Below are positions 39,400 to 52,993 of a stretch of 64,000 nucleotides of DNA, piece after piece. The stretch is from Anthoceros angustus. Taxonomy: Eukaryota > Plantae > Anthocerotophyta. The position numbers and the translations under genes are program-made. The DNA lies in contig VJWM01000187.1 in NCBI GenBank assembly GCA_010909165.1, positions 372,001-436,000 of the forward strand, in the 5' to 3' direction. Under the pieces are notes generated by a model that worked only from the letters and a program-made list of their open reading frames with translations, was not told the DNA's origin and searched no databases. Each line of letters starts with the position of its first letter. Positions within the stretch are counted from its first letter, which is position 1.

Positions 39400-41530
39400 C
39401 TTAGGCATACGCTTGTCTTAAACCTCGTGTTCAAAATGTAGCTAGAGTCGATCATTGGTCAGCGTTTCGAGTCAACATCGCGTCTGACAACAACTTGTCG
39501 AGTCAACTTTATGCCGAGGTATTTATAGCAAATACGCGTGCTGTGGCATGCATCGCACGTAACTTCTTGATATTGGATCACCCGACGAAGTTCAAAAGTC
39601 CGTAAACATATTTTATTTCTAACCGTGTTTTTCCTAACTATTCGCTGGAAGTCAAATTGCATGTCCGAATATCTTAACGAGACGCACAAAAACCATTGAG
39701 CGTAAGTCATATCTTTGCCGTAGTATATTTTATCAGCTGAAAGTACGCGCATGCATAACATGCCGCACGAAGAAACGCAAGAAGAGCAGCACGCCGTGTT
39801 AAAAGTTCAAGTTATTCATTGGCCCGACTTGCTTTTATTACGTAATGGCATCCGAGAATGAGAGCAACGATGAAATGGTCGACATCCAAGAAGGTAATGA
39901 TCTCGCCACAGCCAAATCCATTTTCGGTTGAATCCATGGCTAAATGACTGCTCCGTAAAGTGACAACAATAGTAAAGACCCAACAAACCTTAATAAATGC
40001 GATCAAACAACAATGTTCCCACCCATGGGGATCCAGGATATGATGACAGTCAAGTTCAAATCCTCTCATTGAGATACGAAAGATAGTTGAGAAAGGTAAT
40101 ACATTTCAATTAAATTGAATCCCGTGAACATTTCTAACTCGATATCTTTGATACAAGACTTACGAGCACACTATGTTCACATCAATGGACAAAAGGACTT
40201 GCAGCTCCTTTGCGTGTGTGCCCAACCGGAAAAAATTAAAAAGGTAAAGACTTGGTTCGCAACTTTCAGAACTATAACGATCAGATCGCAACTCACTTTA
40301 GTTGTATATGGTTACAGGATATTAAGAAGAATCTCAACAACAATTTCAATTAGAGTTGGAAACAATGACTGGTCCGAGGTTTAATGGACATGGATCTCAA
40401 TTCACCGATTTTGGAGGTAAACAACTAACACTATATATGTATTTATTTACAGTAATAAATACTAATTTCCTTGAAAGTGTCACGAACAAGTTGTTGCAGC
40501 TAAGGAAATTAAGGAGAAAATTGAAGCAATGGATGATAAAATCAACAACATACCATCTTTCATCGTAATTGTTGTTGTATGTTTGTAATTAATAATTAGT
40601 ATATTTGTAAGTAGTATATATTAATCTGCTTTTTCAAAGGACAAAAGAGGAAAAAGACGAGTCAAGATAATGCACCAACGTATGGACCATCGAAAGAATT
40701 TGCCGATTTTGGAAAATGGATGGATAACTTTCAAGATCCACAAGTCTTCCAAGATTTTAAAATAGATATGTTCCCATTTGGGAACATAGCCTCAAAGATC
40801 CAAAATGACCGCAATGAAGATGGGTCGACAGCAACCCTAGAGCAGTACATGGAGATCCAGAAAAGTAAGTGTTATCGGTTTATATTGTTCTTAGTATAGT
40901 TTACTGAATCAGTTTTTGTAGTACTAATGAAATTTGTGTTTTGGTAATGTAGAAATATCAGCAGCCATTGAAAATAAGGAGCTAAAAACCACAGACTTGT
41001 TGACTCTGATGGAAGATCCAGAAACTACAAAAAACATTCAAAAGGTTAGTTCCAGAATAATTTATGTAAACAAGGAAAATTGATATTCATTTTCAAATAT
41101 GTAAATTCTAACTTGATACTTTGCGTAACGCCAATCACATTTCCGTAGTGTGGGAAATCTTCACAGCCATTGCCTCACATTAGTGAGAAAGGTATTTACC
41201 GAGCAAGATCTTCTTCGACTTGAAATGGAGGTAAAATATTAACTGCTTTTTGTTTGTAGTTATCAAGAATCAAAAGGAGTTGTTTGCACTATTTGAGGTT
41301 AGTACATCATATAAGTGGTGAAATTTAATATGTATATCTAACATTTACCATTGCCTCGCAAATATTCCTGCTTGACGAAATTTTAAAATGATTAACTTTC
41401 TATCCGGACCGTATAATGAACAAAGAAAGAAGTATTATTCTCAAGACGAGCAGATCCGAAATCGCGGTACACCCCTTCAACGCCAGAAGAAAGTTAGAAA
41501 GATAAATCCAAACCGTGAAAAGACAAACGA
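39400..41530 (+). CDS. Multi-exon cargo gene of YR element copy 3
   Basis: Colinear with 19900-21990. Peptides HYVHINGQKD, ISAAIENKELKTTDLLTLMEDPETTKNIQK and VRKVFTEQDLLRLEME, with conserved introns. Confidence 0.55.
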
Positions 41531-41805
41531 ATAAAGCGGAAAGTGAAAACTGGGCGAAGTGAAAACTGTGAAAGAGAGAGAAAAAGATTTTAAAGTGGTT
41601 GCACAAGGCAACAGTTCTAAGATAAAGACAGACCGGCCACCGCCTCGGCCTCAAGTCGAGTGGGAGGCGCGGCCCCGCCCAGACTTACCGCCGCCTTACG
41701 CTGGAACGAACGCCGCTGGCGACGCCAGAACGGTCTCGCCTAACGGCCGACCGCTCGCCGCGGACGCCCCTCCGTGCCCGATCCGCCCCCAATACAAGAT
41801 AATCT

Positions 41806-43300
41806 TCCTCAGCACTTCCATTTTTGTCCAAACGCCAACGCCCTCGACCGGGACCTCGACACCTTCGCATGCCGAGTCTTCTCGACTGCCTGAAACTCTC
41901 CGCATCTTGGCCATTGCCCCGCACTCCTCTTCGCAGGACGCTTTCACCAAAGTCGGCCTTTTCTTTCTTTATGCAGGCCATCATGCCAAACGCCTCATCT
42001 CACTCCAGTCGAGAACAACTGCCTGCTCGGCCATGTTCTATCTCTTTGAGCTCCTCCACTTGCCCGAGGAGAGCCTTGACTTAGGCCCTTGCCCTTCTCC
42101 TTCTCGGTGATGCAAGCTTGGGCTTCATTTCTGGATGAGCTTCCCAACACGCCTCCATGTGACCCCATACACCCACAAGACTTACAGGCTTCTTGCCCTT
42201 GGGCCACGGCTTGTAGCATTGGCATGTGCGCTCCGCATCGCCACACTTCACACTGCATTGTTAGCTGGCCTCTCCTTGCACATGTGGTACTTGCCATGTC
42301 ACGAGGGCCTGCTCCGTCTTGGTATCTTGGGAACACGGAATTCCGTGTCCTCCGGACCCGTCTTTGCGAAGGGCCCTTCACGACTCCAGTGATCCTCCAA
42401 GTAAGCACTTTGCATCTCCTTTGAGCACCTTCTCGGCAATTTGATAGGCGTCTATCAAGCGATATCTCTCCCATCGCTCCATGCGTGAGTCCATCACCTT
42501 CTTTGTCACGGCAATGCGCCATGAAGATCTCGGACCTCCCTCGCCGTCTTGACATCCGTGTCTTCCACGGAACCTTCAATCGAGGTAAGATGCGCAATGT
42601 CGTTAGGCTGAAAGAAAACCTCAGTTCTGGATCTTTTCAGGGCATAGGAAACATGGTGGTTAACTTGGCGAACATCAAGTCCACGGATGCTCGAGCTTGT
42701 CCTCGCTGAGGGGTGCAAACCAGCCCTCTTGGCTGCCTCTGCACCGCTTCTCTCTCCCTGGATCCCTTCTCATCTCGTAATACATTAGAGCCTCACCCGC
42801 AAGGTAGGATGACATCTTCATGAACGCCATCCTCGAGTGAACTCGTCCTTGTATTTCATCTTGTTTTCCGCCATTGCCCAACGAAACTTCTCCTCGAATC
42901 GCAAGAGACATGCTTCCATGTTTTCTGTGAAGACATCGTTCTTTGGTGTGAACTCAAGCTCCATTCTTGCACTCTCCGCCCAATCGCCAACTGCTCTCAG
43001 ACGCGTTGTCTCGTATTGTTCCTGGTGTCCTCTTGAATGGCGAGTAGACGACTTCTCCGATGAAGGCGCAGTGTCCTTTCGCCACCACCGATCTCGGAAC
43101 ACCATCAATGGTTACTTCTCCTATGCCCCGACCACCGCACGGATGTTGTCAAAGGCAAATTGTTTTCCACCGTTAGCCCAACCAGCCGAAAAGTACATCC
43201 ACGCCTCTATCCACAAACGGCTGACGTATGCGTGCTCTTCTCCGCATCGCTAACTCAAGAATCGTGAGACTACCACACCTAAGCGTATAATCAATGGCGA
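41806..43300 (-). pseudogene. gag: Gypsy 1 gag region
   Basis: Lies next to the 5' repeat. Gag-like fragments (FDGTEF at ~43300; SSYLAGEALMYYE). Confidence 0.6.
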
Positions 43301-43457
43301 ATTCTGTCCCATCGAAAAACATCGCCTATCTCTTAGTTGCCTCGCAACACTCAACCTTCTCGGATCGCACTGCCTCGGGTTGGATGGTGGACGACTTCCG
43401 CCTCTTCCTCCAATCCCACTCCTCCAAGATCAGATCTTAGTCCCCAACAAGGTGGAT

Positions 43458-44105
43458 TGTTGATGTGGTGAAATCAAGATGGAAAATTCTCCCAACCCGA
43501 CAATGCAACGAACCACAAGAACCTCTAGGAGACAAAGACACTAGGACGGGTATGGCTGTCTATTAGAACAAGACAAACATCAACAATCCAAGAATCCATG
43601 GTGGTGCCTACATATATAGGCAAAACCCCGAGTTCTCGATGTCCACCCATATCGATGGTGGGCACTTTATAATCCTACTTTCCTTGGCCTTCAAATAATA
43701 ATATTTTATGTGTTTAACAGCCTATTCGTCCTTTTCCTTGATTTTATGATTTTATGTATTTTCTAATATAAATCTTATATATGCCATAGCAGCGCCTTAC
43801 ATGCACAACCATGCATATAGATTGCATGCCATGACACATCACCGCCACATGTCCACATACATCACATGTCATCCTTCATCTCCATACGATGCATACATGG
43901 CACACATGCATACATGAGACATGTATGCATGCAGCCATCCATGGGCCATGTACATGACATCATCACACTTCAAAGATCGTGGCTTATGCCCAGACTTCAA
44001 AGATCTAGTCATTTCAAGATTCGTGGCTTATGCCTGTGATGCTCTAGCCAAGATCCAAATATAGAGTCTTAGGTGCTCGCTTCCATACAAAGAATTCCGG
44101 TGACA
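43458..44105 (-). repeat. LTR-like repeat B2 (5' end) of Gypsy 1
   Basis: TG...CA boundaries; matches 25078-25710. Confidence 0.85.
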
Positions 44106-44619
44106 TCCACCAACTTCCCAACAACCCCTGGTCAAGGCTATATGCAGTACCCAAAGCCTCGTAGATTTCATTGACCGAGAGTCCTTTCTTCTTTACAAGC
44201 CACATAGCGCAGCCACACCGTCTCTTCACAACTCCCTTTTCTCAAGACCCTCGCCTTCTTGTACAAGGAACTTGCCAATACCGCGTTGTACAATTCTCAT
44301 TCTTTCTGCGAGCTCGAAATCCTATCAAAGCGCGTATATCAGTCATGAGTGGGAACCCGTGCATTCGTGTTCCGCAGCGTGGATGCAACCCATTTTTCCT
44401 TTGCGTCAGATGCAAGTGGTTAGCCAGCATGGTCGAGCAAGTCATCCGTAATGAGGACGCCCCACACGCCTCCTTCTCCTCGTGCTCGGTCATTATCGAA
44501 CTTCCTATATTCCAAGGTTTCGCCGACACGACGTTCTAACACTAGACCGCACCACAATGCCGCCTGCACTGTCCTCATAAATCTGCCTTTATCTTGCACT
44601 CTAGACATTTCGACTCCAT
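44106..44619 (-). pseudogene. TFIIB: TFIIB-like gene U2, 5' half (zinc ribbon, B-reader, first cyclin fold)
   Basis: ATG at 44619: MESKCLECKIKADL..EDSAGGIV..CGLVLERRVGETLEYRKFDND, resembling CxxC..GxxVCxxCGLVL..E-W-R-T-F. The two halves total ~895 bp with no introns. Confidence 0.82.
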
Positions 44620-44669
44620 ATTCTCTACTGTCCCGAGATAATTAAAAAGTGGAATGTGTAGCCTTGAAA

Positions 44670-45556
44670 TCGTTAACCCACGAGGGCTTTGGACAATGAG
44701 TGACTAAGCACAATGATTGTTTTTCAAGCGAAAGGATTCCACTGACCTTGAACCTTGACACCTTACGAGGGCTTGTCCAATGTTTATGAATATATGTAAG
44801 TCGCATCCCTCATTTATATACCCAAGTTTTCCTTGGCCCTTGGGAATCTTACGTGGAATTTTGCATCCGAAACCCCTAATTACCATGGGCCAAGGAACAA
44901 TCATCCTTGGATTTCGTCATCCCCTTTTTTTCCCCTTAAATTCGCCCCACTTCCTTCGAGGTTGATTCCGTCCTTGGACTTTGGCCTCACAAATTTTTCC
45001 ACAAAGTTCTTCTTTCGCACGGACGCCAAGAGTCCGCTAGCCTACTTCACTCGCCGGAGTCGCCGTCCTATTGACTCCCGACACCAAGGCCAAGATGCAC
45101 GGAGTCCGGCCTACCCGCACGATCGAGCCTCCCACTCCCCAATGCGACGCTCTCGCCCCACGGTTTAGGGTTATCGGGCCTACCACTCCCGAAAGGCGCC
45201 GTCCTTTCGGCCCTCCGTGAGACTTCTCACCGGTGAGTGCACGATGCCGTGCAATCCCGACCTGAATCGGTGAAGCTTGAGAAACCGCTTTAATTTTTGA
45301 AAGTGTTTCGTAGAAAGGGCCTATGTAAATTAGCCTACTTGTACCAAATATCAAAGGTTATCGCTCAAGCTATGTTGGAGCTTGAAATGACAACTTGCAT
45401 GCAGAGAAGGAAAGTCAACCAAGAACAACCTTTAGACTAAACCACATCCTTGTAGAGTGAAAACCAAGCGTGGGATGAAAACAATCACTACTATTCAAGT
45501 TTTGAAAGGGTGAGACCCCATTAAAAGCGCTTGGAGCCGCTTTTTAGAGGACTCTA
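44670..45556. repeat. TFIIB tandem unit U3, spacer part
   Basis: Matches 10990-11875; broken at GAGGAC by the Gypsy 2 LTR. Confidence 0.9.
44812..44820 (-). promoter_or_regulatory. Putative TATA box of the TFIIB-like gene
   Basis: TATATAAAT ~190 bp upstream of the ATG; also present in U1 and U2. Confidence 0.4.
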
Positions 45557-48154
45557 TGAACGCCAAATTTTGGGTCCACGGTTGGAAGAGGGGCGATGCT
45601 CTTAGTTTTGTTCATATTAGTTAGGTTTTATTTTTCTTTTTTTCTTTTTCTCACCAATGTAATCGACGGAAGACAAAGAACAAGGAGTGGCAAGTGGAGA
45701 AGCGGAGATTTGAGCCCCCGAATCGGATACGTAAAGGAGGAAAACAGATTCAAAACGGGTCCAACGGATGAAGGACGAGGTCCTGGACAGTGAGGTCCGG
45801 AAAGTTTACGCTAGAGGAAGGTTCAAGGCCGAACCTCGCCAAGAAGGAGGGCCGGGTGCAGAGTGGCGGCGGCGCCAGTCACGCCCGCATCCGACATGCA
45901 ATGAGTAAAGTCCTTACTCCAAAAGACCGAGAAGGGTCTTCGCGAAGGACAGCGCGCAATTTCAGACCGAGCGAGCTTGAGGTGGTGCGCGAGCAGACAA
46001 AGTGCCGCGAAAGGAGGAAGAGGCGCAAAGACCAAGGAGGAGCGATGCATGCATATATAGAGAAATCGCCCTGGCGCCGGAGGAAGAAATCAGCCGCCCT
46101 TGGCCTTCTGTGGTTGAGGAATTCCAAACGTCCTGAAGGAAAAGGTCCTGGCCTTCTGGACAGGGAAATTTCGTCCTGGCCTTTGGGGTGTGGAAAATCC
46201 TTCCTCACCCTATATATGTAAGTAGAGGGGAGGCCGAGGTCGCCAAGCCAAGAATGAAGAACTGAGGCCAAACTCAAGGAGCTGGAGGGAGGACAGCCAC
46301 ATGGAGTAAGGAGCGTGAGGGAAGCAAGCAACGGAGGTCGACCAACGGTGGAAGGAAGAGGTAGCCCACCGGAGGAAAATGATGCATCGATGTCGGTCGC
46401 CAGAAGCAACGCCAGCTGATTATGCATGGCGAAGGGATACCGGAGGCATGGAAGAGAGATGCCGAGAATGTCACTTTACGCCTGCTTGAGTGAGGTGACG
46501 CTGAGAGGGATGCGCTATGGTAAGATAGCCTCGTGAGAGTGGCCCGAGGAATTTGATGAGATTTGTTTGAAGGGCCGGAGATGCAGTCCACTTACATGCT
46601 AGGGTCAACAAGTTCGCCAAGGAGATGCGCCTTGTTGACAAGGAAGTTGTTGGGTCCCCACGATGACGACAGGAGATTTTGGAAGAATTGCACCCTCAAC
46701 TTCGAGATCTGGACTTGGAGAGTGAAATGGATGCGTAAGGCTCAATGTGGAGGAGCCAATGGAAGAGGAAGAGATTTCCAGCAGCCGGTAGAGTTGGTGG
46801 GGTGTCTGGCGGCAGAGACCAACACCCAACCGCCTGGAGGTAATAATGGGCAGACAGATGTGGCTGAGAGGCCAAGGCTCTACAAGAGCGCCTGCAAGAG
46901 GGGTGGCCACCGCCTCATGACGCCGAGACAGTGGAGGTTCCCGTCATGACGACGAGTGAAGAGATCCTGACAGGGAGCCCAAGCCAAGAGGAGGAAGACG
47001 GTGGCGCCCGCCATGCCAACACCCAAGAAGAAGTAAAAATAGTTGGTAGGGAGTGAATGGGTCATTAAGACCCTAGGGGTTAGTGGGATTGTTAGGAGGT
47101 AGGTTAAGAACCTTTAAGAGGCCACCTACTTAAAACCGTAAGCAACCCCACCTACCCCACCGACTTAATTAATGCTAGGGTTTGGGGAGCTCCTATAAGA
47201 GGGGAGGAGCTCCCATAATAAAATGTCATGCCTTGCTCTCCGACCTGTGTGTCTTGCTACACAAGCGCATGCGGACTGAGAGGTGCATGGTGTCCGTAGG
47301 GTCTTGAGGTGACTGGTGAGGGCGGGCCCAAACCTTTCTTTCCGGAGGTAGCAGGGTAGCGCTCGAGTGAGGGAGCATTGTGGTTGCGTGCGCAGACTGC
47401 AAAGGGAAGACCCCTAGCAAAATCCAAAGACGGACGCCACTTGCCCAAATGTCCCTAGGTCCGTGAGGGCAATGCCCTATGATCTCGAGGCGCTGGCCGG
47501 GAGGCTGTGAGGGGCGCCTGTACGATAGTTAGCTAGGAAGAGGTAGATTAGAGAAGAGAGGAGAAGAGAGGAGAAAAGAGAGAAAAGAGAAAAGAAAAGA
47601 GAGAGCGAGAGAGTGAGAGCGAGAGAGTGAGAGCGAGAGAGGAAGAGAGGAGCTAGAGAGGATAGGGAGCAAGAGAGGAGAAGGAAGGAGCAAGAGAGAA
47701 AAGAAAAGACAAAAGAGAAGAGAGGAGGAAGAAACCTAGAAAAGAGAGGGAAGGTGAATTTCAAGTGGATAAGAGCTTGAGGGGCGGCCCCAAATTTGTC
47801 ATGAGAAGGGTCTTAGGGAGTGTAGGAACTACCTGGTGGGAGGATTGCCCATCAGACGGTGATTTGGGGTCCTGCCGCTGCATTGGGCGGCTGACGAGGT
47901 CCGCGCCGACGAGTCATCGCGCGAGGGTAGTGTGACTTACGAGGGTGGGTCACCCGTGGCGCCGGTAGGAGGGGCGCTAGTCACCGGGCGCCAGACGGAG
48001 CCGAGAGAGTCGAGAGGTCACCGTGGAGGGCGCACCTCCATCCGCGGGAAGGGCTCCCCACCCTTCGTGGGAACGAAACCCACCGACGAACCGAAGTGGG
48101 ATAAGTGTGGCCGCCATGGCTGAGGGTTCCGGGGTCCCGGAACCTCCCACCACA
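45557..48154 (+). repeat. 5' LTR of Gypsy 2
   Basis: Matches 59919-62539; ends ...CCCACCACA; internal GA-rich tract at ~47535-47760. Confidence 0.88.
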
Positions 48155-48599
48155 TTTTTGGCTCGGGAGTGGGTGTGTGTTTTTCTTTGTTCGAATGGAG
48201 AGTGTGAAGATGTACGCCGATGACCGGAGGACGTGGTGAACGAAGAGCATCCGGAGGAAGGTCATCTCCATATATTTCACCAAGAGAGTTGCGACACGGA
48301 GGAATCAATCATGAAGAAGTCCGAGAGAACGACGCTGAGGGAGGAAGAGGATTTTGTGCCTTCACCGACGCACTTGAAGAAGAAGATTTTGCACTTCACG
48401 TGAAGGTGAAGAGTTGGAAGAACCAAGAAGGGACAAACATGATCCGTGAAGTACGGAGTGCGACACATTGAGAGAGACAACGGAAGTCCTCAAGACAAGA
48501 ATCGCATCTCCGTGAGGCATATACAGTAGGTGTACCAACGGAAGGTCGGCGCACTGCTCGCCAGAGATGACACCTGTGGGTGGTGTCCAGGTCACCATG

Positions 48600-51500
48600 T
48601 TGGGAGCAGCGCAAGCAACACACAACAGGCCCAACATGAGTGGAGTTGGCAGGAGGCACCACGAGGAGGAGGTGGCTCATTGCACCACATAGTCGCAGAT
48701 GTGAAGTTTGGAGACAAGAAGAAGGGAGACGATGCGAGGCTTTTATTCGCACGCTTGAGCATGTCTCTCATGCTAATTTAGAGGATTCGGGACCGCTTGC
48801 GAATTTTTCCGGTTTGTTAAGAGGACACGCACAACGGGTACAAGAGGGACGTATGGGACCACCACCGATGATTGGGAAGACTTCAAATCGTAGTTCCTAA
48901 CAAGGTTTAGAGGGTTGAGTCACGGACATCATACATTGGCGAGATTGAGGACTCTCCGCAGGAGAAAGAAGGAAACGCCAGATGATTACGTGGAGAGGTT
49001 CTACATCTTGGATCTGCCCAAGGTGTAGACCAGCTTGTGAGGTCCTACCACGAGGCTCTATGAGCAGCGTTAGATTGGTTTGTAAGTGGGTTGCCCACTA
49101 AGATGGATGTTTACGTCGGAGAGGAACGACTACGCCGCAAGGAGCATTGAAGTTGGCTGAAGATTACGAGGCATGGAGCTTGGTCGTCAAGGAAGAAGTG
49201 AGGGAGCATGGGAAGCAGGCAGATCCTCCGCCTCCCTCGCCCTCTCATTCTTCGCCTCTTCACACGACACTAACAAGGAAGTGCGCATCGAGTCACCCAC
49301 GGATGAGGAGTCGACAGAGCCTACGAAAGGAGAATGAAGAAGGATTTGGAGAAGATTAAGCGAAGACAAGAAGAGGCCGAGCGCCAAGAGAAAGACAAGA
49401 AGGGTAAAGGAGCTAAGAGAGGAGCAACGCCATGTGGTGGAGGTCTAAACAACCAAATTGAGGCTTTGACAAGGAGATTGATGAATTGGAGGTCAAAGCG
49501 TAATCAGCGCCTAGGAGATCTCCTTCACATAGTGTATTGTTCGATCCGTCACCAATCGTGCCATACGAATCGAGAGTGTCAAAGCGCCAAGACATGCAAC
49601 AACTGTAGAAGCCTACACGTGACTACCGGTATGTTGATGAAGCTTACCAAGTACAAGCGTGTGGAGGACGACCACCGCCAATGAGGCCAACTTACCAACC
49701 GACGCCTTCAGTGGATGCGCTATAGTTCACGACCGCCACCAGACCGTGGAGGCCGGATCCTTCACAACGCCCAATGTCTGCCTCGTGGATGTTGTTTTAA
49801 CTGGAATGCCAGTCACTATGCTGCATCGCCCGAACCTCGACGGTAGGCTATGTGCCCTTCTCGCTGTGTATGCAAAGAATTGGGGCACAAAGTGGGAGAT
49901 CCAAGGTGCCGAGTGTTACGCATCGTGCCTATACGGCCGTGAGTCGAATCACCAACCAAGAACGGAGACAATCCCCATCAACACGAGACCATCGCAGCTA
50001 ACACGCCTGTTGACGGTGGAGGCTAAGAAGAAGAAGAACCACAAGAGGCTTTGCAGGTCTACTCAGGGATTGTGGAAGAAGGATATGCAGGAGAAGTAAG
50101 TGATGGAGAAGATCCCTTGGTGGCTAGGGTCACCACACGATCCGAAAGGCGAGAGAAGGAACGAAGGGTAGACCGACCAAGGAGAAGATGCATAAGAAGA
50201 AGAGGAAGGTGCGCGAGGATTCACCTTGGCCACCGAGACGAGACAAGGGACACCTATCCGGTGTTGGAGGAGGATGACGAGAAGGAGAGTCCAGAGGTTA
50301 CGAGGCGAGAGGAGATCAACCACTCATGAGGGAGGTGGAGACCCACGCTTCCACACATCGCAAGGAAGTCGTGATGTTGGAAGATGAATCGAGGAGGCCG
50401 ACTCACGATCGAAAAGGGTCTCTTTTGCTGAATCTGCAGTGAGTGACCCGTGGAAGACAAGAAGCGCAAGGAGAGGCGCCAAGTGAGGAACAACCAAGAG
50501 AGGGGTTGCGCCACTAGTAGAGACCGCAAGAGGGGTTCTAGCATCAAAGATTTCTAGCTTTGCGATGCGCTACTTGATCAAGAGTTTGTAGTGAGCTTGA
50601 GACCTCTTGGCGGAGTCCAAGATCGAGGAAGATCGTGAAGGAGGCGGGGATACCAGAGCCACTAGAGGTAAGGAGCATGCAAGTGGAAGTTAACGCTGGA
50701 GCTGGTTGATTGTGGAGCCCCGATTGAGATTGAGATAGCAGGTGGTGTTTAGTGCCGATGTCCCTTTGGACACGGATCCGGAGTGAATTTGATGACCAAG
50801 AGACAAGACATCGACTTGGGTTTACAATTCCATTCGTGTCTTCACGAATGGCGGACTGCACCAAGAGAAAGCCTTTGCAGAACATCCCCACGGTGATTGG
50901 AGGTATCACCTTCAACTGACCTACATTGTGATGAGACCCACGGACTTGGGGTACAAGGTACTTCTTGGGAGGCCGTGGTGTATGGGACTTGCATCTTTGA
51001 TTTTGGGAGGCGTGGAGTTACTTGTGTCGAAAGGTGACAGTCCCAAAGACACAGATCGTGGAGCGATCACTCACGAAGGGGAGACCGAGTCTCACGGCTG
51101 TGATACACTGTGGAAGTTCGTCCGGAGTAATTTGGCTTACCAAGGACCAGCCAAAGCAATGATATGGTGTATGGGGGACAGGGATCCCATGTTTTCACCC
51201 GAATCGGAGGAAGAAGATTTGGAGGATGAGGAGCACCGAGAGGGTGCCTTTGAAGGGTCACGCCCACGATCACGACTTTCCAGGAAGGATCAGCACGAGT
51301 GTGGGCGTGAGCCAAGGGAGTTTATGTAGACCGACGCGGAGGACATGGAGTTGAAGCCGCAAAAGTGTGAAAGTTTCCAAGTATCTCACCGACGAGCAAG
51401 AGGAGTTGAAGGCCTTACTAAGGAAGTACATAGATGTATTTGCCTTTAATCGATATGACTGGGATTCCTCAAGAGCTAGGAATCCATCGCATTGACCTCA

Positions 51501-52700
51501 AGGAGGGAAGCACTCGAGTGAAGCAAGACTGCCTCAATCCCAAGTACTCCATGGTTGTGAAGGACCAATTGGACCAAGATTTAGAGGCGGGTGATTTATC
51601 CGGTTCTCACCAAATAGGCGCCCATCGTGGTGGTTCCCAAGAAGCAACAAGGCAAGGTTCGTGTTGTCAAGATTTCGTGGAGGCTCAACGGGAACGAAGA
51701 AGGACCACCATCCACTACCCTTCATGGATAGCGCTTTTGGACACGGTGGCGGGTCATGAAATGTACAGCTTCCTAGATGGCTATTCGTTACAATCAAATC
51801 ACGCCACGCAAGGAGGATCAAGACAAGACCACTTTCACCACGGATTGGGGACGCTTGCTCACGCCAAGCTTCCATTCGACTGCAATGCCCCCAACTTTCC
51901 AACGAGTGGTAAAGATCTTTAGAGATTTTCTTCGCAAGTTCATGGAAGTGTTTCTTGACGATTTTGTGTCTTTGGGAGGCAACACTCACATTGGGAACAT
52001 CCCGGTGTTTTCAACGCTTGAGACCAACCTAAAACTTCACCCAAGTGTTTTTTCGGATGACGGAGGGATTCTCCTCACCATCGAGTTTCAAAGACGAGGA
52101 CTCCAAGTGGACATGGAGAAAGTCAAGGTGATCGCAGAGATGGATGCACCCTACAGCAGTCGAGCTTAGGGTTAGTCGGCTATTACAGGAGATTCACAAA
52201 GATTTTGCAAAGAAGGCAGCCCCTAACCCACTCACAAAGAAGGACGAGCATTTGAGTGGACAATGGAAAGAGAAGAAGCCAACAACTAAAGAGGAGTTTG
52301 GTGGAGGCACCCACCTTGAGACCACCAAATTGGGAACCATTTCACGGTACGTGGATGTTCTGATGCGCTTGGGGCTATTCTCGAGCCGGGACTAAGAGAA
52401 GAGGGATCATCCTATCTTCTACGCGGATTGATGACGCGAGAGAAATTACTCACGATCGAGAGGAGGCGTTGGGAATCATCTACGCATGCAAGAAGTTTCG
52501 CCACTACCTCTTGGCCTCGCAAGGTAACCTTCCACGTTGATCATTTTGTCAAGTACCTAGTGAACAAGCCGGATTTGTCGGGAAGAATTGCTCGATGGAT
52601 TCTTTTGCCGCAAGAGTTTGATTTTGATGTTGAGACGCGAGCGGTAAGAGACACATCAACGGGATTTCATCTCGAGGTTGAGAACAATCGAAAGGTCCGG
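48600..52700 (+). pseudogene. pol: Gypsy 2 gag-pol (frameshifted)
   Basis: GSGVNLM (protease, ~50780), LLDTVAGHEMYSFLDGYS, FMEVFLDDF, YACKKFRHYLL and SGRIARWILL.QEFDF. Confidence 0.9.
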
Positions 52701-52993
52701 AGACGACGATAGGTTTCGACGAGGAGTTGGTCATGACCACCTGTAGGATGAAGAGGAAGTTACAACAAGGGCGATAGTATGTAAGAGCAGCGGGCCGAGG
52801 GTAGGGCAGTGTGGTCCAACACCGGATCCTAATCGCAGAGGAGTTCGATCGACTTCGGACAATGAGAGACGCCTAACGACAGATAGCAGCAGATGCGAGA
52901 ATCGTGAGGACGTGCCATGAGTCCTCAACCAAGATCGCAAGGAGCCGTTTCACAAGGCGCAACGCCGCGCCTTTCGGCGGACAGATACACAAA

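Larger units (their letters stand above)
31911..41799 (-). mobile_element. Crypton-like tyrosine-recombinase DNA element, copy 3 (full length, ~9.9 kb)
   Basis: Colinear with copy 2 at both ends. Reconstructed empty site is TTCACTCCAAGATAATCTTCCTC within Gypsy 1. Confidence 0.88.
24885..44105 (-). mobile_element. Ty3/Gypsy LTR retrotransposon 1, inserted in TFIIB and carrying nested YR copy 3
   Basis: TCCA at 24881-24884 and 44106-44109. Repeats at 25078-25710 and 43458-44105. Domain order gag-RT-RH-INT on the minus strand. Confidence 0.88.
45557..52993 (+). mobile_element. Ty3/Gypsy retrotransposon 2 (non-chromovirus Tat/Athila-like), 3'-truncated
   Basis: 2.6 kb LTR followed by TTTTTGGC (PBS-like), gag, protease, RT and RNase H. 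Ends before integrase at the Copia LTR. Confidence 0.85.

Noticed and set aside
41140-41400. Cargo C-terminus as a CACTA-type transposase remnant
   Set aside because: Only a vague helical resemblance; no catalytic motifs or CACTA termini.
43436-43457. tRNA-Asp-like PBS for Gypsy 1
   Set aside because: Only a partial match (TCCCCAACAA) lacking the terminal CCA, too weak to annotate.
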